In this document: positions 32,783 through 45,037 of the stretch, piece by piece | Layout of the letters: each line of letters opens with the position of its first letter | How positions within the stretch are numbered: position 1 is the first letter of the stretch | From: Naegleria gruberi | Taxonomy: Eukaryota | Assembly: GCA_000004985.1 (NCBI GenBank) | Contig: GG738848.1 | Strand: one strand, 5' to 3' | Length of the DNA: 64,000 bases | Made by a program: the position numbers and the translations under genes | Notes under the pieces: generated by a model | The model's input: the letters and a program-made list of their open reading frames with translations, nothing else | What the model was told of the DNA's origin: nothing | Database searches by the model: none

Positions 32783-32956
32783 TTTATATACACATCTCAA
32801 AAATTCTAATCTTCTCATTACCCACTTCCAAATCAGGCTATTTATTTTTTTTCAATTTAAAATCAAAAAAGCATTGAAATTTCAATAAATTATTTGATAC
32901 AAATTTATAGAGACATTTATAAAAACGAATATACTACTCGAGTTAGGTTGGCAATA

Positions 32957-33193
32957 TTAATCCGAACTTCCACCACCACACAAACCACCACCTCCTCCTG
33001 AACTTCCATGGAATCTATTCTTCACATTTGTTTCTGGTTTAATTAACATGTCAGGTTGAGTATCACAATATTCAATAAGTGATTTAGCTGCTTCGGAGAC
33101 TGGGATTGCTTTTTGGCATGCTTCTAATTCTTTTCGCAGTCTTTCGTTTTCTTGGACCAACTGCTGGAGTACAAAGTCATTCATACGAGACAT
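32957..33193 (-). CDS. G-protein gamma-like (GGL domain) small protein without a C-terminal CAAX box
   Basis: MSRMNDFVLQQLVQENERLRKELEACQKAIPVSEAAKSLIEYCDTQPDMLIKPETNVKNRFHG aligns with G-gamma (coiled-coil, SKAAxDLxxYC, DPLL...NPF). It ends GGGGGLCGGGSSD* rather than CaaX. The true ATG is at the complement of 33191-33193; the ORF-track start is further upstream. Confidence 0.5.
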   Translation of the reverse strand: MSRMNDFVLQQLVQENERLRKELEACQKAIPVSEAAKSLIEYCDTQPDMLIKPETNVKNRFHGSSGGGGGLCGGGSSD

Positions 33194-33612
33194 TTTTTCA
33201 AATTTGATGGATGACAGCAGAGCAACTGGCGATTGACATTTTAAAAAAATGAAGAACAAATGTGAGTAGTATTGGGTTGTTATCGGTGTATTTAATATGG
33301 TATTTTTCTTTCATTAGCTATTGAGAAATGGTCTACAAAGGTATTTAAAATTTTTGTAACAATTTGTAAAATGTTATTGAAATATTGAAATATTTATGAA
33401 AAATAGGATTGTGAAGAATGGGCTGGTGAGATTGGTCTTTCAAAAAATAATAAGAAATTAGCAAAGAAATACACTGGGTAAATATCACACTTTCCGATTA
33501 AATTAACAGTTTCCATTGTGTTTATTCGAAACAATCACTTTCGGAACTACTCGGAACAAATAGAACTGACTTGGTTGCTCTCTTCAATCAATGCGCTGGA
33601 GATTTAGAAACA

Positions 33613-34250
33613 ATGGATGAAGCTTTTAATCATGAATTTTTACCTCTTGGAGAATTAAAGACATTACTTTTTCAAGTTGAGAGAATTAGAGAAAATTTAT
33701 TGACATATAATGATGATTTTGTAAAATATGAGAAATTGAGACAAGAAAAGAAGAAAAAGACAAAGAAAAAGTCAGCTCTCTCAATGAATTCTACAGCATC
33801 ATTTGCTTCATCTAATTTTATTGATGATCCATTCATGTTTTCACGTGAAAATATTTTAATGAGAACACCAGAGGAAGGTAAGTTTGTTATGGAAATATGT
33901 ATATGGTTCTATGCTATGGACTATATGAATTGTTTCTAGTTGGTGACTTGATTGTTTTATTGTGGAAGTATGCTCTGAGGAAATATAGAACTCCAATCTC
34001 AGCTCAACAAATTGATTCTGTCACAAATGATTTGAAACAATGTATGGTAAAGATGGGAATTAATGGAGAAGTTTTCTTGGAAATGAAAGAGTAAGTTGAA
34101 ATTGGAGATTTAATTTCTAAATTAAATTTCAATGATGACAGAGTTTCTGATTGGAATTTCTTCTTTGCCAAAGAATTGGTTAAATATTTGGATATGACTG
34201 AATTATTCTCTGTAATTGTTTATGATTTCATGCCAACAAAGAAGGAATAA
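33613..34250 (+). CDS. Hypothetical protein; three exons, approximately 33613..33877, 33937..34091, 34149..34250
   Basis: The first in-frame ATG (MDEAFNHEF...) lies after the TTG used by the ORF track. The donor gaag|gtaagt and acceptor tttctag| give ...PEE-VGDLIVLLWKYALRKYRTPISAQQIDSVTNDLKQCMVKMGINGEVFLEMK. A second intron (ga|gtaagt ... gatgacag|) continues as EVSDWNFFFAKELVKYLDMTELFSVIVYDFMPTKKE*. Confidence 0.4.
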
Positions 34251-34587
34251 AACAATTGTAAAAGAATATATTTAAATTTTAAATTTAGTTAGTTTTGTAA
34301 ATAAATAGAGTTGAGTATTGTTTTTTTAAATATTTATTGAGGTGACTGAGGAGTATACACCATTTGTACAAGAGTTTTTAAAACTCTAAGTGTCAATCAA
34401 AGTGTGCCGATTCATCTTGAAGTTCTAGTTCCAGATCAAGCACGCCACAAAATCGACACATATCATTCCAAAATGAATTGAGAAAATAGAATGATAAAAT
34501 GTGTGAAAAAAAGATGACTGCGACAAACTTTGACCGAACGGAATAAGCAGTAACTCTCCTCTAACCACTGCTAAATTCCGCCAGGTC

Positions 34588-35904
34588 TTAAATGAAGTCA
34601 TCTTCGTTGAATTGGTCTTCAGCCAAGTGCTCATCATTTTCATAATAAGCAACTTCATCCATATTCATTGGATAGGTCAAGATACCACCCATACCACCGA
34701 AACCTCTACAGAATTGAGAACCTTCAGGAGTACTGTTAGTAATAATTTCCAAAGTACAACCCTTAGCCTTATAGTTTTCAACCAACCATTCAAGGAGAGT
34801 AATTTGTTCAAATTCCAAAGGAAGACCATTTTCATCACAAGTATGTTTACCAGTCTTGAGATCTTCTGGCATCAAGTATTTGACAACAAATTCTCCATTA
34901 GTTTGCTTGACGCTAACTCTGAGATGTGGAAGATTTTCCCAAACAATCAAAGTCTTAATAGCACCCATATCCATAGCTGAAATAGTTTCTCTGACACCAA
35001 ATACGAACTTGTTAGTATCCTTAGAAATTTCAGTGAAGAATTCATCAATAATTTTCTTTTCACGAATAAAGTTGACTTCCTTCAAACAATCTTGAGACAA
35101 TTCAATAGCTTGTTGGAAACCAATTTCACCACCATAAGCAATATCGACAACCTTCAAAATAATAGCTTGAAGACGTTGATCGAGCAAATCAGTCTTTGTC
35201 AAATCACTCTTAAAGTCAGCAGAACCAGCAAGAATAAGACCGGAAACGTTTGGTCTATCGTTGGTAATAAAGTGTTGAACAGACAATTCAGCACATCTTC
35301 TGACATAGTTGTGTCTCTTTTCCAAACGCAATCTAGCAAAACGCAAAGCAGATTGACCACCACGACCGTGCTTCTTTGGCAAATCGACAGTAATCTTTTG
35401 AAGAACAACACTAGTGTTTCCTGATAAAGTACCATATAAACAACCGTTACCATCCATAATAATAAAACCAAACTTTTCGTCACTTTCAAGTAATTCTTGC
35501 AATGGTTCAACATGGAATTTGTTATCACACAAATACAATGAAGTATTAATTGGCTTGAATGGTTCCATATCATAAGTAACTCTCTTTTCCTTACCGTCTT
35601 CAGTAAGAACAGTACCGGAATAAACAACCAAACCATTTTCAGGAACTCTGGTAATTAATTTCAAACGTTGAATTGTAGAAGTAATAGCATCTTGAACAGA
35701 AATTCTGTTGACTCTACTTTTAATGTTTGAAGCGGTACCATATTCTTCTTGCAACATTTTAGTTACTCTGGCAATTTGATCCTTTGGAGGAATAATCAAA
35801 GAAATCATGGAGGTACCGTTACCTCTGGCTTCAGACAAGTTTTTAATCAACTTCTTTATTCTCCATTGTTCAATGGTTCTATCTTCGTGTGCCGATTCAC
35901 TCAT
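34588..35904 (-). CDS. ETF1: Eukaryotic peptide chain release factor subunit 1 (eRF1); single exon, 438 aa
   Basis: The eRF1 hallmarks are present: NIKS-region ([14 protein letters not shown]), GGQ ([15 protein letters not shown]) and the C-terminal domain. The true ATG ([14 protein letters not shown]) is at the complement of 35902-35904; the ORF-track start at 35937 is TTG. Confidence 0.93.
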   Translation of the reverse strand: MSESAHEDRTIEQWRIKKLIKNLSEARGNGTSMISLIIPPKDQIARVTKMLQEEYGTASNIKSRVNRISVQDAITSTIQRLKLITRVPENGLVVYSGTVLTEDGKEKRVTYDMEPFKPINTSLYLCDNKFHVEPLQELLESDEKFGFIIMDGNGCLYGTLSGNTSVVLQKITVDLPKKHGRGGQSALRFARLRLEKRHNYVRRCAELSVQHFITNDRPNVSGLILAGSADFKSDLTKTDLLDQRLQAIILKVVDIAYGGEIGFQQAIELSQDCLKEVNFIREKKIIDEFFTEISKDTNKFVFGVRETISAMDMGAIKTLIVWENLPHLRVSVKQTNGEFVVKYLMPEDLKTGKHTCDENGLPLEFEQITLLEWLVENYKAKGCTLEIITNSTPEGSQFCRGFGGMGGILTYPMNMDEVAYYENDEHLAEDQFNEDDFI

Positions 35905-36371
35905 AATGACGCGATGATGAAAGAATATTTTTTTCAATTCAAAAATTCAGGTGATGACCCAATTGTTGTAAAGGAGATTTTGTCGTCTTCAAGCTTGTTG
36001 GAGATCATCATGCAATCTATTCTTATTTCATATCTAGAATGAATTTGTTATTCTTGAAATTCAATGTCATGCTTTACCTTCAAAATATAAAAATAAATTA
36101 ATTAATATTAAAAATTAATTAAATATTAAAACAGAAACCTGAATTGGATTTGTTTTTTTAAGGGTTTTTAAAGCTTTTTTTTTTGACAACATTATTTAGC
36201 TGGGAGGTTCCTTATTATATCAAGGATACTGCTCGATTATAAGAACTCTTTTTCGATATTTCAATTAACAGCTTATGGCTCGAACAAAATATGAATTAAT
36301 AAGGAGAAGAGTAAATTGTGAACTTGAGTCTTCACAAAATAATAAATAAATTATAAAAGTTTTTTAATAAT

Positions 36372-38231
36372 TTATTCTCTCAAAATATCGACTGTGGCAT
36401 AAATTTCGTCGGTAATTCTATCATAATTGTCTTGAAGTTTCTTCCATTCTTCACCTTCCTTCTTCTTCAATTGAGAAAGTGTCTTAATAATGTCGAACTT
36501 TTCAGCTTCTCTCTTTTCAATCTTATTAATGTGGACAATTGACTTGGCATTCAAGTTTGTTAATTCAGTAACAATATCCTTCTTGATCATTTCGCTCAAT
36601 TCTTGTCTCTTCTTATCAATAGATTCGATAGTTGATTGATTATTGGAGGCAACAGCTTGTTCGACTTCTTGATACCAGTTATCTCTTTCAATGAATTTTT
36701 CAACATAGAGTTCAGTCAATTCATGTGCAGTAGTTTCACGTTCATTTTCAAGTTCCTCATCAGACTTGGAAATTGAAAGATCCATTCTGACATAAACCAT
36801 GACGAACAAGCAGAAACCAAAAAGAGCAGAAATGACCAACAATGGTTCAAAGTAAACAGCAGAAGCTGGAAAAGTGTAGGAAAGGAGGAAGTTTTCATTG
36901 TGTTCTGGGACAACATTCTTCTTATTAATAACAGAAACAGTTCTACCAGAAACATCGAGATAGGTCTTCAAATTTTCCTTTGATTCAGAGTCAATTGGGA
37001 ATGAAGTTTTGAATTCAACATCATCAGCACCTTCTGGAACAACAACTCTAAGAGTGAGATCCTCAACTGGAGCATCGAATGGAACTGAGAATTTGTATCT
37101 CAATTTGTGCTTTTCTGGATTATTCATGGCAACAGTAAGGTAATCATTGATTGGTAAATTGTATCCAATATAGAAACGAATCTTCCAACCTCCAAAAAGT
37201 GGGAATCTTGGATGGAAATCAACTTCAAGATTCTTTCCAGAAACACGAATATCCGAAGATGAAATGTTACCAATTCTATCTCTAAAGTAAATATCATTAG
37301 CCAAGAGTGGCAAAGTAGCAGTAATCTTTCTGAAAGAAGCTGGTGAAGTTTGTCCAGGATTCTTAGAGTATTCAAATCTAGAGAATGGACCAACTAACTT
37401 GGCACCAGTGTGCTTAATTTCGTAGTGTTCTTCGACAGCCAAATTACCCCAGTGAGAAATTTCAACAGTTCTTTCAACTGAGGAAACAACAAAACATGGT
37501 CTATCGTTAACATAGTGCAATCTAACACCAGCAGTAGTGAATGGAACAACATCACGGAAAGGACCATATTGAATACCATTTCCTTTGTTTTCAACAGGCT
37601 TAACAGTGTTAGTGTATGATTCAACAGCTGATGTTCCGAGTTTGACAAGGGTAATTTGTGATTTAACCTTGTATGGTGTGAAGAAGTAGGCATTATCCTC
37701 ATAAACAACCTTTTGGTGTTCATCTTGTTTGATTTCCTTTGGGAATGGAGAAATAACATTGGTGAGGGCAATATTGACAACCAAATCAACCTTTTGCTTT
37801 GGAGACAATGGTGAAGCGAGTTCAATTTCATAGAACAAAGCATCCCTATAATTATGATCAAAATATTAATCATGATGACATTATTAAAAATCCCAAGCTA
37901 ATAAAACTAATACTTACTTGTTCAATTCATCATTGAATTTATGCTTTGGAACATTCAATGTTGTAGATTGTTGGCGAGCAGAAACATAGGCAACATTATT
38001 TAAAGCGAGTTCCTTTGGGAAAGCCAAATAGAAGAATTTAGCATCGGATGATCCAACATTTTGAATAGTTAATTTCACTTCATGTCTAACAACAACATTT
38101 TGTGTGGTATCAATACTTCTATCTATCGACAAGATTTCAATATCCGAATAAACGTTGGATTTAGCTTGAGTAAAAACAGCCAAAAGGCAAACAATTAAAA
38201 ACACAGATAGCGTGGTTTTAGTGATCATCAT
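36372..38231 (-). CDS. OST1: Ribophorin I (oligosaccharyltransferase subunit OST1); two exons, complement(36372..37845, 37918..38231)
   Basis: Exon 1 gives a signal peptide (MMITKTTLSVFLIVCLLAVFTQA) and the start of the luminal domain. The donor aa|gtaagt and a 72-nt intron ending ttatag join in phase to DALFYEIELASP... The protein aligns with ribophorin I over its length (FRDVVPF, VEISHWGNLAVEE, HTGAKLVGPFSRF, FPLFGGWK, TM, charged C-tail). Confidence 0.85.
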
Positions 38232-38616
38232 TTTTACAAGCCAAAATGTGATGATGCGTTATTGCTTGTGTTTTTTATTTTTTAAAAATTAACTTTGAGA
38301 AAATTGCTTTCTTGTATGTGACGAACAATACGACACAATACAATCTTAACACATTTTCGAGTGGTGTTGTGAATAAAATGTTGGCCATTGCTCTATGAAC
38401 TTTATTTAATGAATCCTTGTAATAAGATAAATCCTATTTTCTATATTACTCTCCCATTAAAATGATAATATCAAGATACATGTAAGGAAGTTTTTGAAGC
38501 AATGCATTTACATTCAACACACAGCAGTAGCTATTCTATTGAGCGGATAGAAAAGGTCTTGATAAGGTTGTGGTATTCTCAAATCAATAATATTTGAATA
38601 TTCAAAATTGAAAAAA

Positions 38617-39234
38617 ATGATTTCTTCCACTCAACAACCAACTTCATCCATGACTGTACTCTCATCCTCCGAAGATAGGGAGGGTAATGGTGCATCTTCT
38701 ACAAATGTTGACTCTCTGATAACATCAGTTGAATCTATTGAAGACATTTCAACAAGTCGTAGTATGAACACTTCACAAATACCAAATTTACTTCAACAAT
38801 CAACAGCAACAACCAATAATTCCGATCATCATGCAACAACAGAGGAAACAGAAGAAGGAGATGAACCACCTTTTGAAATATCAGTTATTGGAAATACAGG
38901 AGTAATTGCTATAGCTTTGAAGGATAAACAGGATTATATTCACTCTGACATTATTCCAGCAATTACGAAAAAATTGGATAAATTATTTAGATTGGCCAAA
39001 GCAAAGCCAAAAATTCATAAATATTCGAGATTGAGCGAAATATGGGAAGAATTCAAAGAATGGTTTGGAACTAATGCTTGGGAAGTTTTCTTGTTCAGAT
39101 TGTTCGATTGTTTGATAGTCATGTCTGTACTATTCTGCATGAGAAAGATTTTACCTACAAGTATTTCAAGACTTTTGGAATGGTTTATTGATCCAGTCGA
39201 TGAGGGTTTCCCTTACAGTCAACAAGAACAATAA
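38617..39234 (+). CDS. Hypothetical protein with Ser/Thr-rich N-terminus and C-terminal hydrophobic segment
   Basis: The ORF-track start at 38608 is TTG; the first ATG is at 38617 (MISSTQQPTSS...). A C-terminal membrane-like stretch reads FLFRLFDCLIVMSVLFCM. I recognise no family. Confidence 0.35.
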   Translation: MISSTQQPTSSMTVLSSSEDREGNGASSTNVDSLITSVESIEDISTSRSMNTSQIPNLLQQSTATTNNSDHHATTEETEEGDEPPFEISVIGNTGVIAIALKDKQDYIHSDIIPAITKKLDKLFRLAKAKPKIHKYSRLSEIWEEFKEWFGTNAWEVFLFRLFDCLIVMSVLFCMRKILPTSISRLLEWFIDPVDEGFPYSQQEQ

Positions 39235-39268
39235 ATTAACTATACAGTGTTAATATTTCAGTTTTTGT

Positions 39269-41309
39269 TTACATTGAATACTGGAAATAGGTAGCTCCAT
39301 GTTTGTGGTAAAGTTCTCGTTTGTATGGATCTCCCAAAATGGAGAAGGCATAGTTGATTTGTTTGAATCTTTCAATAATTTCTTCTGTGGTCCATTCCTC
39401 ATCGTTTGTTTTGGTTTGTGTTGTAGATGATTCTTCTTGTTCTGGTTCGCCTGAGATTTCAGATGATGAGAGAACAGATTTTCTTTTACTGGAATTGAAC
39501 AAATCAGGATGGTAAATCATAGCAAGCTGAGACAGTTAGGTTGAGTGAATTTAAAATACTTGCCTTCTTATATTGAGATCGAATTTCTTCTTGAGTATAC
39601 AAGCTAAACTTTTGGGCATCAAGTTCTAAAAGAGAGTATAAATCACAACCCTTACTGATTTCAATGGCAAGGGCAGTATTACCATCTGATGGGTTAGCAC
39701 AATACTTCCAGGCATTCGAGTAAATTTTTTGTAATGGCTTGTTGGAAATATACTTGTTGTGAACGTGGACAGCAAACTTCTTATGGTGCTCCTTATGTAA
39801 TAAAGGTTTGTAGTATGTCTCTGTGCTAGCTCCAAATGCAGCAAATAAAGAAAAGAAAAATCCATAAATTAATGAGCTATAGATGTCAATAAATGGGAAT
39901 AATGAGGAAATAATACCCCAACCAGAGTAAACTCCTGTAAAGTATGATAAAAATAATTTAGGGAAACTGTATGGTACATATCCTGTCACATAGCTTGTAT
40001 CAATGCCGTTTGTAAATGAGTGGAACGTATGTTCACCATGAGACAAGTTTCTAACCTTATGTCTAATATGGAATGGACTGAAAAGTTTAAGGGTATGTGG
40101 AAAATTGAGAACATCCTGTTTGACATAGACAGGAATATAAATCATTTCCTTTTTGTGTAATTTGAAATCAGTTTTTTCAATATTAAAATTAGAAAGTTGA
40201 ATAGTTGGAGAATCGAATAAAGTTCGTTCTTCTGTGGAGGTTATAGTTTTGGAGATAATTTGTTTCATGCTTTCTTGGAGTTTGTGAGGTACTGTATTAT
40301 CCAAAGCCAATGACCAAGATGTTTCCCAATCGACAGTATAATAATCGACAGAATAATCTCTTTTAAATGATGATCTCTTGAACCATGATTTGATATCATC
40401 CCACAAATTTTGATACCATTTCAATTTGTAATTAATTTTTGAAATATAGGTAGGGTCTGTGAGGTATTTCTTATCTATTTTATATGCAATTCTATTGATA
40501 TACCTTCTCTCAAAAGAAGTTGATGCATATATTGTGGCATAATCATCAACCATCGTTTCAGTACCCAATAATTTAGTTGGCTCGACATGTTCGTCCAATT
40601 TGATATGATCTATAATACAGCTAATAGTTATTTCTGAGCTTGTAAGAGTTTCAATTTTGAAGGTATGGTCTTGAATTTGAAATTGATTTTTCAGAATTGT
40701 TTTCATAATATCAGCAAGTTCTTTCAATCTGCTTTCATCTTCCAATTTTAACTCTTTCAAAATTTTCTTTTGATTCTTTTGCTTTTGATGTACATCTCTT
40801 TGTGAAAAATCCTCAGGATTAGCGGTCAATATGAGAGGATCCTTTTCAGGAATAACTTCCTCAATTTCTCCGAACAAATTGGTCAATAATTCTCTTTGTT
40901 TCCTTGGATCGATAGTAATCCTTGTTTTTACTTTATATCCACAAGCATCACCATATTGAAAAACCCACAATGGAACATAAACTTGTTCAGGATACACATC
41001 TGGTTTGTACCAACTTCTTGGTCCATAGAATCTATTTTTCTGATGAGCATACTCCACAAAAGCATCACTAGCATCCTCAGGTGATGCTCTAAATTCACTA
41101 GCTACTTTCAACTTGATTTCTCCAAGATCTTGCTGCTCATCTCGGGTGATCGTCTTTGTTCGGAATGAAAAATTCCTTGTTGCACTATTTTCCACAATTT
41201 TATAATTCTTCTTATTTGATGATAGGCTTGATGATAACAGCAGTAGTGATGTTATCTTTTTCCTAGTACTATTACCAGCAGGGACAACAAGCCTTTTAAG
41301 TGATGGCAT
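39269..41309 (-). CDS. Polytopic membrane protein with a C-terminal J (DnaJ) domain; two exons joined by a 37-nt GC-AG intron, complement(39269..39526, 39564..41309)
   Basis: The large ORF ends ...DLYSLLELDAQKFSLYTQEEIRSQYKK, which is J-domain helix I-II. The donor aag|gcaagt and acceptor tctcag| continue as LAMIYHPDLF..., giving ...QYKKLAMIYHPD (consensus AYRKLALKYHPD). An acidic insertion follows, then ...FKQINYAFSILGDPYKRELYHKHG (helix III-IV). Hydrophobic segments (GWGIISSLFPFIDIYSSLIYGFFFSLFAAFG) precede the J domain. Confidence 0.6.
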
Positions 41310-41401
41310 TTTTTAATGATGATTTAAAATTGATTGAGTTGAAATATGTTTTACAATGTGTTATTTAAATATTTCGGTATTATTGGATCGGACATTGGTA
41401 T

Positions 41402-44022
41402 TTATTGATCTTCTAAGGAGATATCACACTTTGATTGGCACAATTCAATCATGTTTGCTGCCAATTTATCATTACGTCCATTAAGCAATTGGTGATCGAA
41501 ATATTGCTGGAAGAGCAGTAGTGCATTCGAATAGTCAGATTCAAAGTACATGAGACATGCATTATTGTAGGTTTTCCACTTTTGTTTCTTTTCTTGTTCT
41601 TCCAATTCGTACATCCATTCTAAAAGAGAGATAATCAATTTTCAAATAATTCAATTGAACTACTTACCATCTGCATTTCCTTGAGTGGAATCTCCAATTT
41701 CAAAGATCTTTTCCATTTTGGAATGGTCCTCTATTCCATTAATGTGAAGGCTTTCTGAATATTCCACAACTGATGAGTAATTTTGATCTTCAATCATTTT
41801 CACATATCCAACAAATCTTGTGTGATATTGAGATTCAATTGCTTTTTGAATGGAATGGGAAGAAACTAATTTCAAATCGAATTCTCTTGCCCTTCTCAAC
41901 ATGGTTTCCAAATTACTTTTGGCATTTGAAATAAGCGTGTAATTCTTACTATCATTTGTTCCAACATTACCACAAACACATTCTTGAAGACAGATGGCAG
42001 CTCTAATTTCCAAATCATCAATCAAATGCTTGTCAATTTTCTTTGCAAATCTGTTATTAGAAGAAAGCCATTTCTTCTCCTTAATTGACGAAAGTTTTTC
42101 CAGAATCATTCTTGTTGCTACCACTGCCTTTTCCTGATGTTTACTCTGGGCAGAAGTTGTATTGAATGAAATTGTAATGGAATCATTCTCAAATGAACCA
42201 AGTAATCCTCCATGTGTTCTGCATATAGTTGTGATTTGATCGAAGAAATCAGTCAACATATGAATTGTATCATGTGGAGAATGAATTGAGTTCAATACTT
42301 TTGAAAAATTATCTATCATGATGTTACTAATGGAAACTTTCTTCTTTTCTAAGAATAGAGAGAACATATCAGCCTTGATACTTGAATATTTGGAACCTTT
42401 TGAAGAATTCTCTGTATGATTAGTTCTAAATGATTCCTTCACTTGAGAATTGCTTTTGAATGAGCTCGAAATTGATTGTAACTCATTTGGCTTAGTTCCA
42501 TTCTCTTCAGAGGAGCCCATACCCTTCTGATCCAATTGAGCAAGCAAATGAGGTGGAAGGAAAGCTCTATACATTTTGATAGTGTTGGTCATTTCTAAAA
42601 AGTGTTTTTGTAAAGTTCTAACTTCTGAAAAAGTACTTGGTTGAACATTGACATTTTCCAAGTCCATGTGAGAAACTGCTTCGAATTGTTCGATGAGATT
42701 GTTGAATGGTTTTACAATTTTTATGGAAACGAGAACAGAGAGTGAGATAGAGACTGAAACAATAATTAAGGCGCCCAAAAGTGACGAAACAATTCCAATA
42801 ATTACTGATCCCATATAGTTCCACTTTGGAATACTCAGAACAAACATCCAATCAATGTTGGTATTTAGACACAATCTATATATCGAAACATAATCAGTCA
42901 TGTGGTCAAATGTTTTAGGAGTGTTGCAGGCAATGTTCGATTTAATATCTCCTTTAGCAAAATCAACAATTACATTGTAGATACTATTGATTCTTGTGTC
43001 CTCAATATTGGAAGCCGTCTTTCTGGCAACGTTTCCATTATCATCTAGAACGGCAGTTTTGGTATCCCTGTTATCAACTTTATCAATGGTCAACTTGGTG
43101 TTCAATAAAAAAAATACTTACTAGCAACTAGATAATTTTGGGCAACTTCAAATATAAAACTCTTGGACCCATCGATGATTTTCGTCTTATTAATCAAGAA
43201 ATCAGATGCACTAGCCACTGTAATATCAAATCCTTGAAAATAATCAAATTTAATGGTATCCTGAGCTGATCTAGCAGTGAAAGAGAAACAATAAACTAAT
43301 GAATAGAAGGTATCCAAATTTTCAGTGGTAACATCCACAAATCCTCTTGTAAAGGTCAGTTTTTCAGGATGTTCATTACAAGTCTCTATAATATAGTCAA
43401 CATCTAATGGGTCTTGAATTATATCTGGAACATTTCCTCTCTGACATGTTTCATACTTTTCTAAATCTGGATCACATTTGTAAAATATCTGATGGTCTTG
43501 TGTACAATTGAGAATTGAAACATCTGTTCCTGAATTGTAAATTCCAAGATTAGTTCCAGAATTCTTTCCAACATAAATTGTTACAACAAGGTCAGAGTTT
43601 GCTCTCTGTTCTGATAAATAGGTCTGATAGACAATCTTTTCTATCTGATCATAGTTTTCAAAATCCAACAGGAATCTAATTTGAGCTCGCATGGTGTCAG
43701 CCCCATGAGTAACATCAAGCAAAATCTTCTTGACCGAATTGACTATTTCATTAAACTCTGAATCTCTTTCAGTTAAACTCAAATTGAAATTAGAAGGAAG
43801 TAAAGAGCTCATCCAAATAGCCGATAGAAAAAGAACACTAATCAATACTATTACTGAAATTAGAATAATAATACAGAACTTGATTGAAGCGAATGGTTTT
43901 CTTGATTCATCGAAATTTGTTTTTTCTAAAACTTTTTCAGAGTGAGAAGCTGAAGAAAAAACAGCACTTTCTTCATCAACATCATTGGGATGAATTGCAT
44001 TTGAGGACTTGTTGACCACCAT
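41402..44022 (-). CDS. Receptor-type protein with N-terminal TM, extracellular domain, second TM and a cytoplasmic class-III nucleotidyl-cyclase-homology domain (degenerate); three exons
   Basis: ATG at the complement of 44020-44022. The first TM is IIILISVIVLISVLFLSAIWM. A Cys-containing ectodomain of about 250 aa follows, then a 43-nt intron (a|gtaagt ... gataaag|), then the second TM (VIIGIVSSLLGALIIVSVSISLSVLV). The cyclase-homology region (..TDFFDQITTICRTHGGLLGSFENDSITISFN ... ICLQECVCGNVGTNDSKNYTLISNAKSNLETMLRRA..) has the metal-binding F-x-D-I-x-G-F-T replaced by IMIDNFSK. A last 39-nt intron joins ...NAD-EWMYELEEQ.... Confidence 0.5.
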
Positions 44023-44401
44023 TGTATTTTCTTTTGAGGTTTTTTATTAATTGATGTTTTTTGACCTCTGTTGTGATAAGTGACATTGAAGTTAATTAGT
44101 AGGGATAGAGCGGCAGTGACAGAAAGAGATATATTCCTTTTGAGGTAAATTAAGAATCGTCTAAGGACTTTTCTCAATATTTGCACTCAATTTTCATCAT
44201 CTCTTTCAATAGACATTAATTTTGGGCCCGTAGTTGACTTTTATTTATCTAATCCCCGTGAAATCTCTTGAATCTTTTTGCTTCATTCTCCTATTACTAC
44301 AATAAATATGCATTGCCAATAAATTAAAAATGGAAAGTTTATTTACAAATCGAATATTTACAATTTTGGCTCCATTTAAATATAAGTGAATGCACTTGCA
44401 A

Positions 44402-45037
44402 TTAAACATGTTGTTGTTGTTGAATAATTGGATAATGAACAATTGGAGTTTGGCTATACACAACTGGAACTTGAGCCATAAATTGAGATGGCATTTCTTC
44501 TTCCTCTCTTAATGGTTGATGAGATTCTTTCTTTTGTAATGAAATAGAATAACCCTTCTTCTTCAAAATGCAAAATGTAATAGAAGCTCCACAAATTAAA
44601 CAAGTAGAACAAGTCAAGACAATTCCTCCAATTATTGCCAAAATCATTCCAAATGGAAATCCACGTTCATTTTGACGAGATTCTCTTTCATTGTTATCCA
44701 AATTGGAATTGTTATCATCTTGAGCAGATTCAGTGTTTGATTGTTGGGATTCGTCTTGTTGTTTCTTAGGTGGCTTGGAAGAATGTTGAGGTTTTGGTCT
44801 TGGTGGCAATTGACCAGATTGTTGAGGAGTAGGTCTTGGTGGCATATGAGAATCTTGTGGCTTTGGAGGCATTCCACCAGAAGGCATTGGTCTAGGTGGC
44901 ATTGATCCATTTGGTCTTGGAGGTCTTTGCTTATTCGAATCTTGTTGAGTTTCTTGAGCGAAAGCAAATGTCAAACATAGCAAGAATGTAACAATGAAGA
45001 GAATTAATTGTTTTGAGCACATTTTCATATTAAACAT
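44402..45037 (-). CDS. Type-I membrane protein with signal peptide, proline-rich MPPRPxP repeats, one TM and a short cytoplasmic tail
   Basis: MFNMKMCSKQLILFIVTFLLCLTFAFAQ is the signal peptide. Five PPRP/PPKP repeats follow, then the TM ILAIIGGIVLTCSTCLICGASITFCIL, then a Q-rich tail. Confidence 0.45.
   Translation of the reverse strand: MFNMKMCSKQLILFIVTFLLCLTFAFAQETQQDSNKQRPPRPNGSMPPRPMPSGGMPPKPQDSHMPPRPTPQQSGQLPPRPKPQHSSKPPKKQQDESQQSNTESAQDDNNSNLDNNERESRQNERGFPFGMILAIIGGIVLTCSTCLICGASITFCILKKKGYSISLQKKESHQPLREEEEMPSQFMAQVPVVYSQTPIVHYPIIQQQQHV

Noticed and set aside
36061-36371. Possible mobile element in the AT-rich intergenic region between eRF1 and ribophorin I (aaataaattaattaatattaaaaattaattaaatattaaa)
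   Set aside because: It is only simple A/T-rich sequence. There are no terminal inverted repeats, target-site duplication or transposase ORF.
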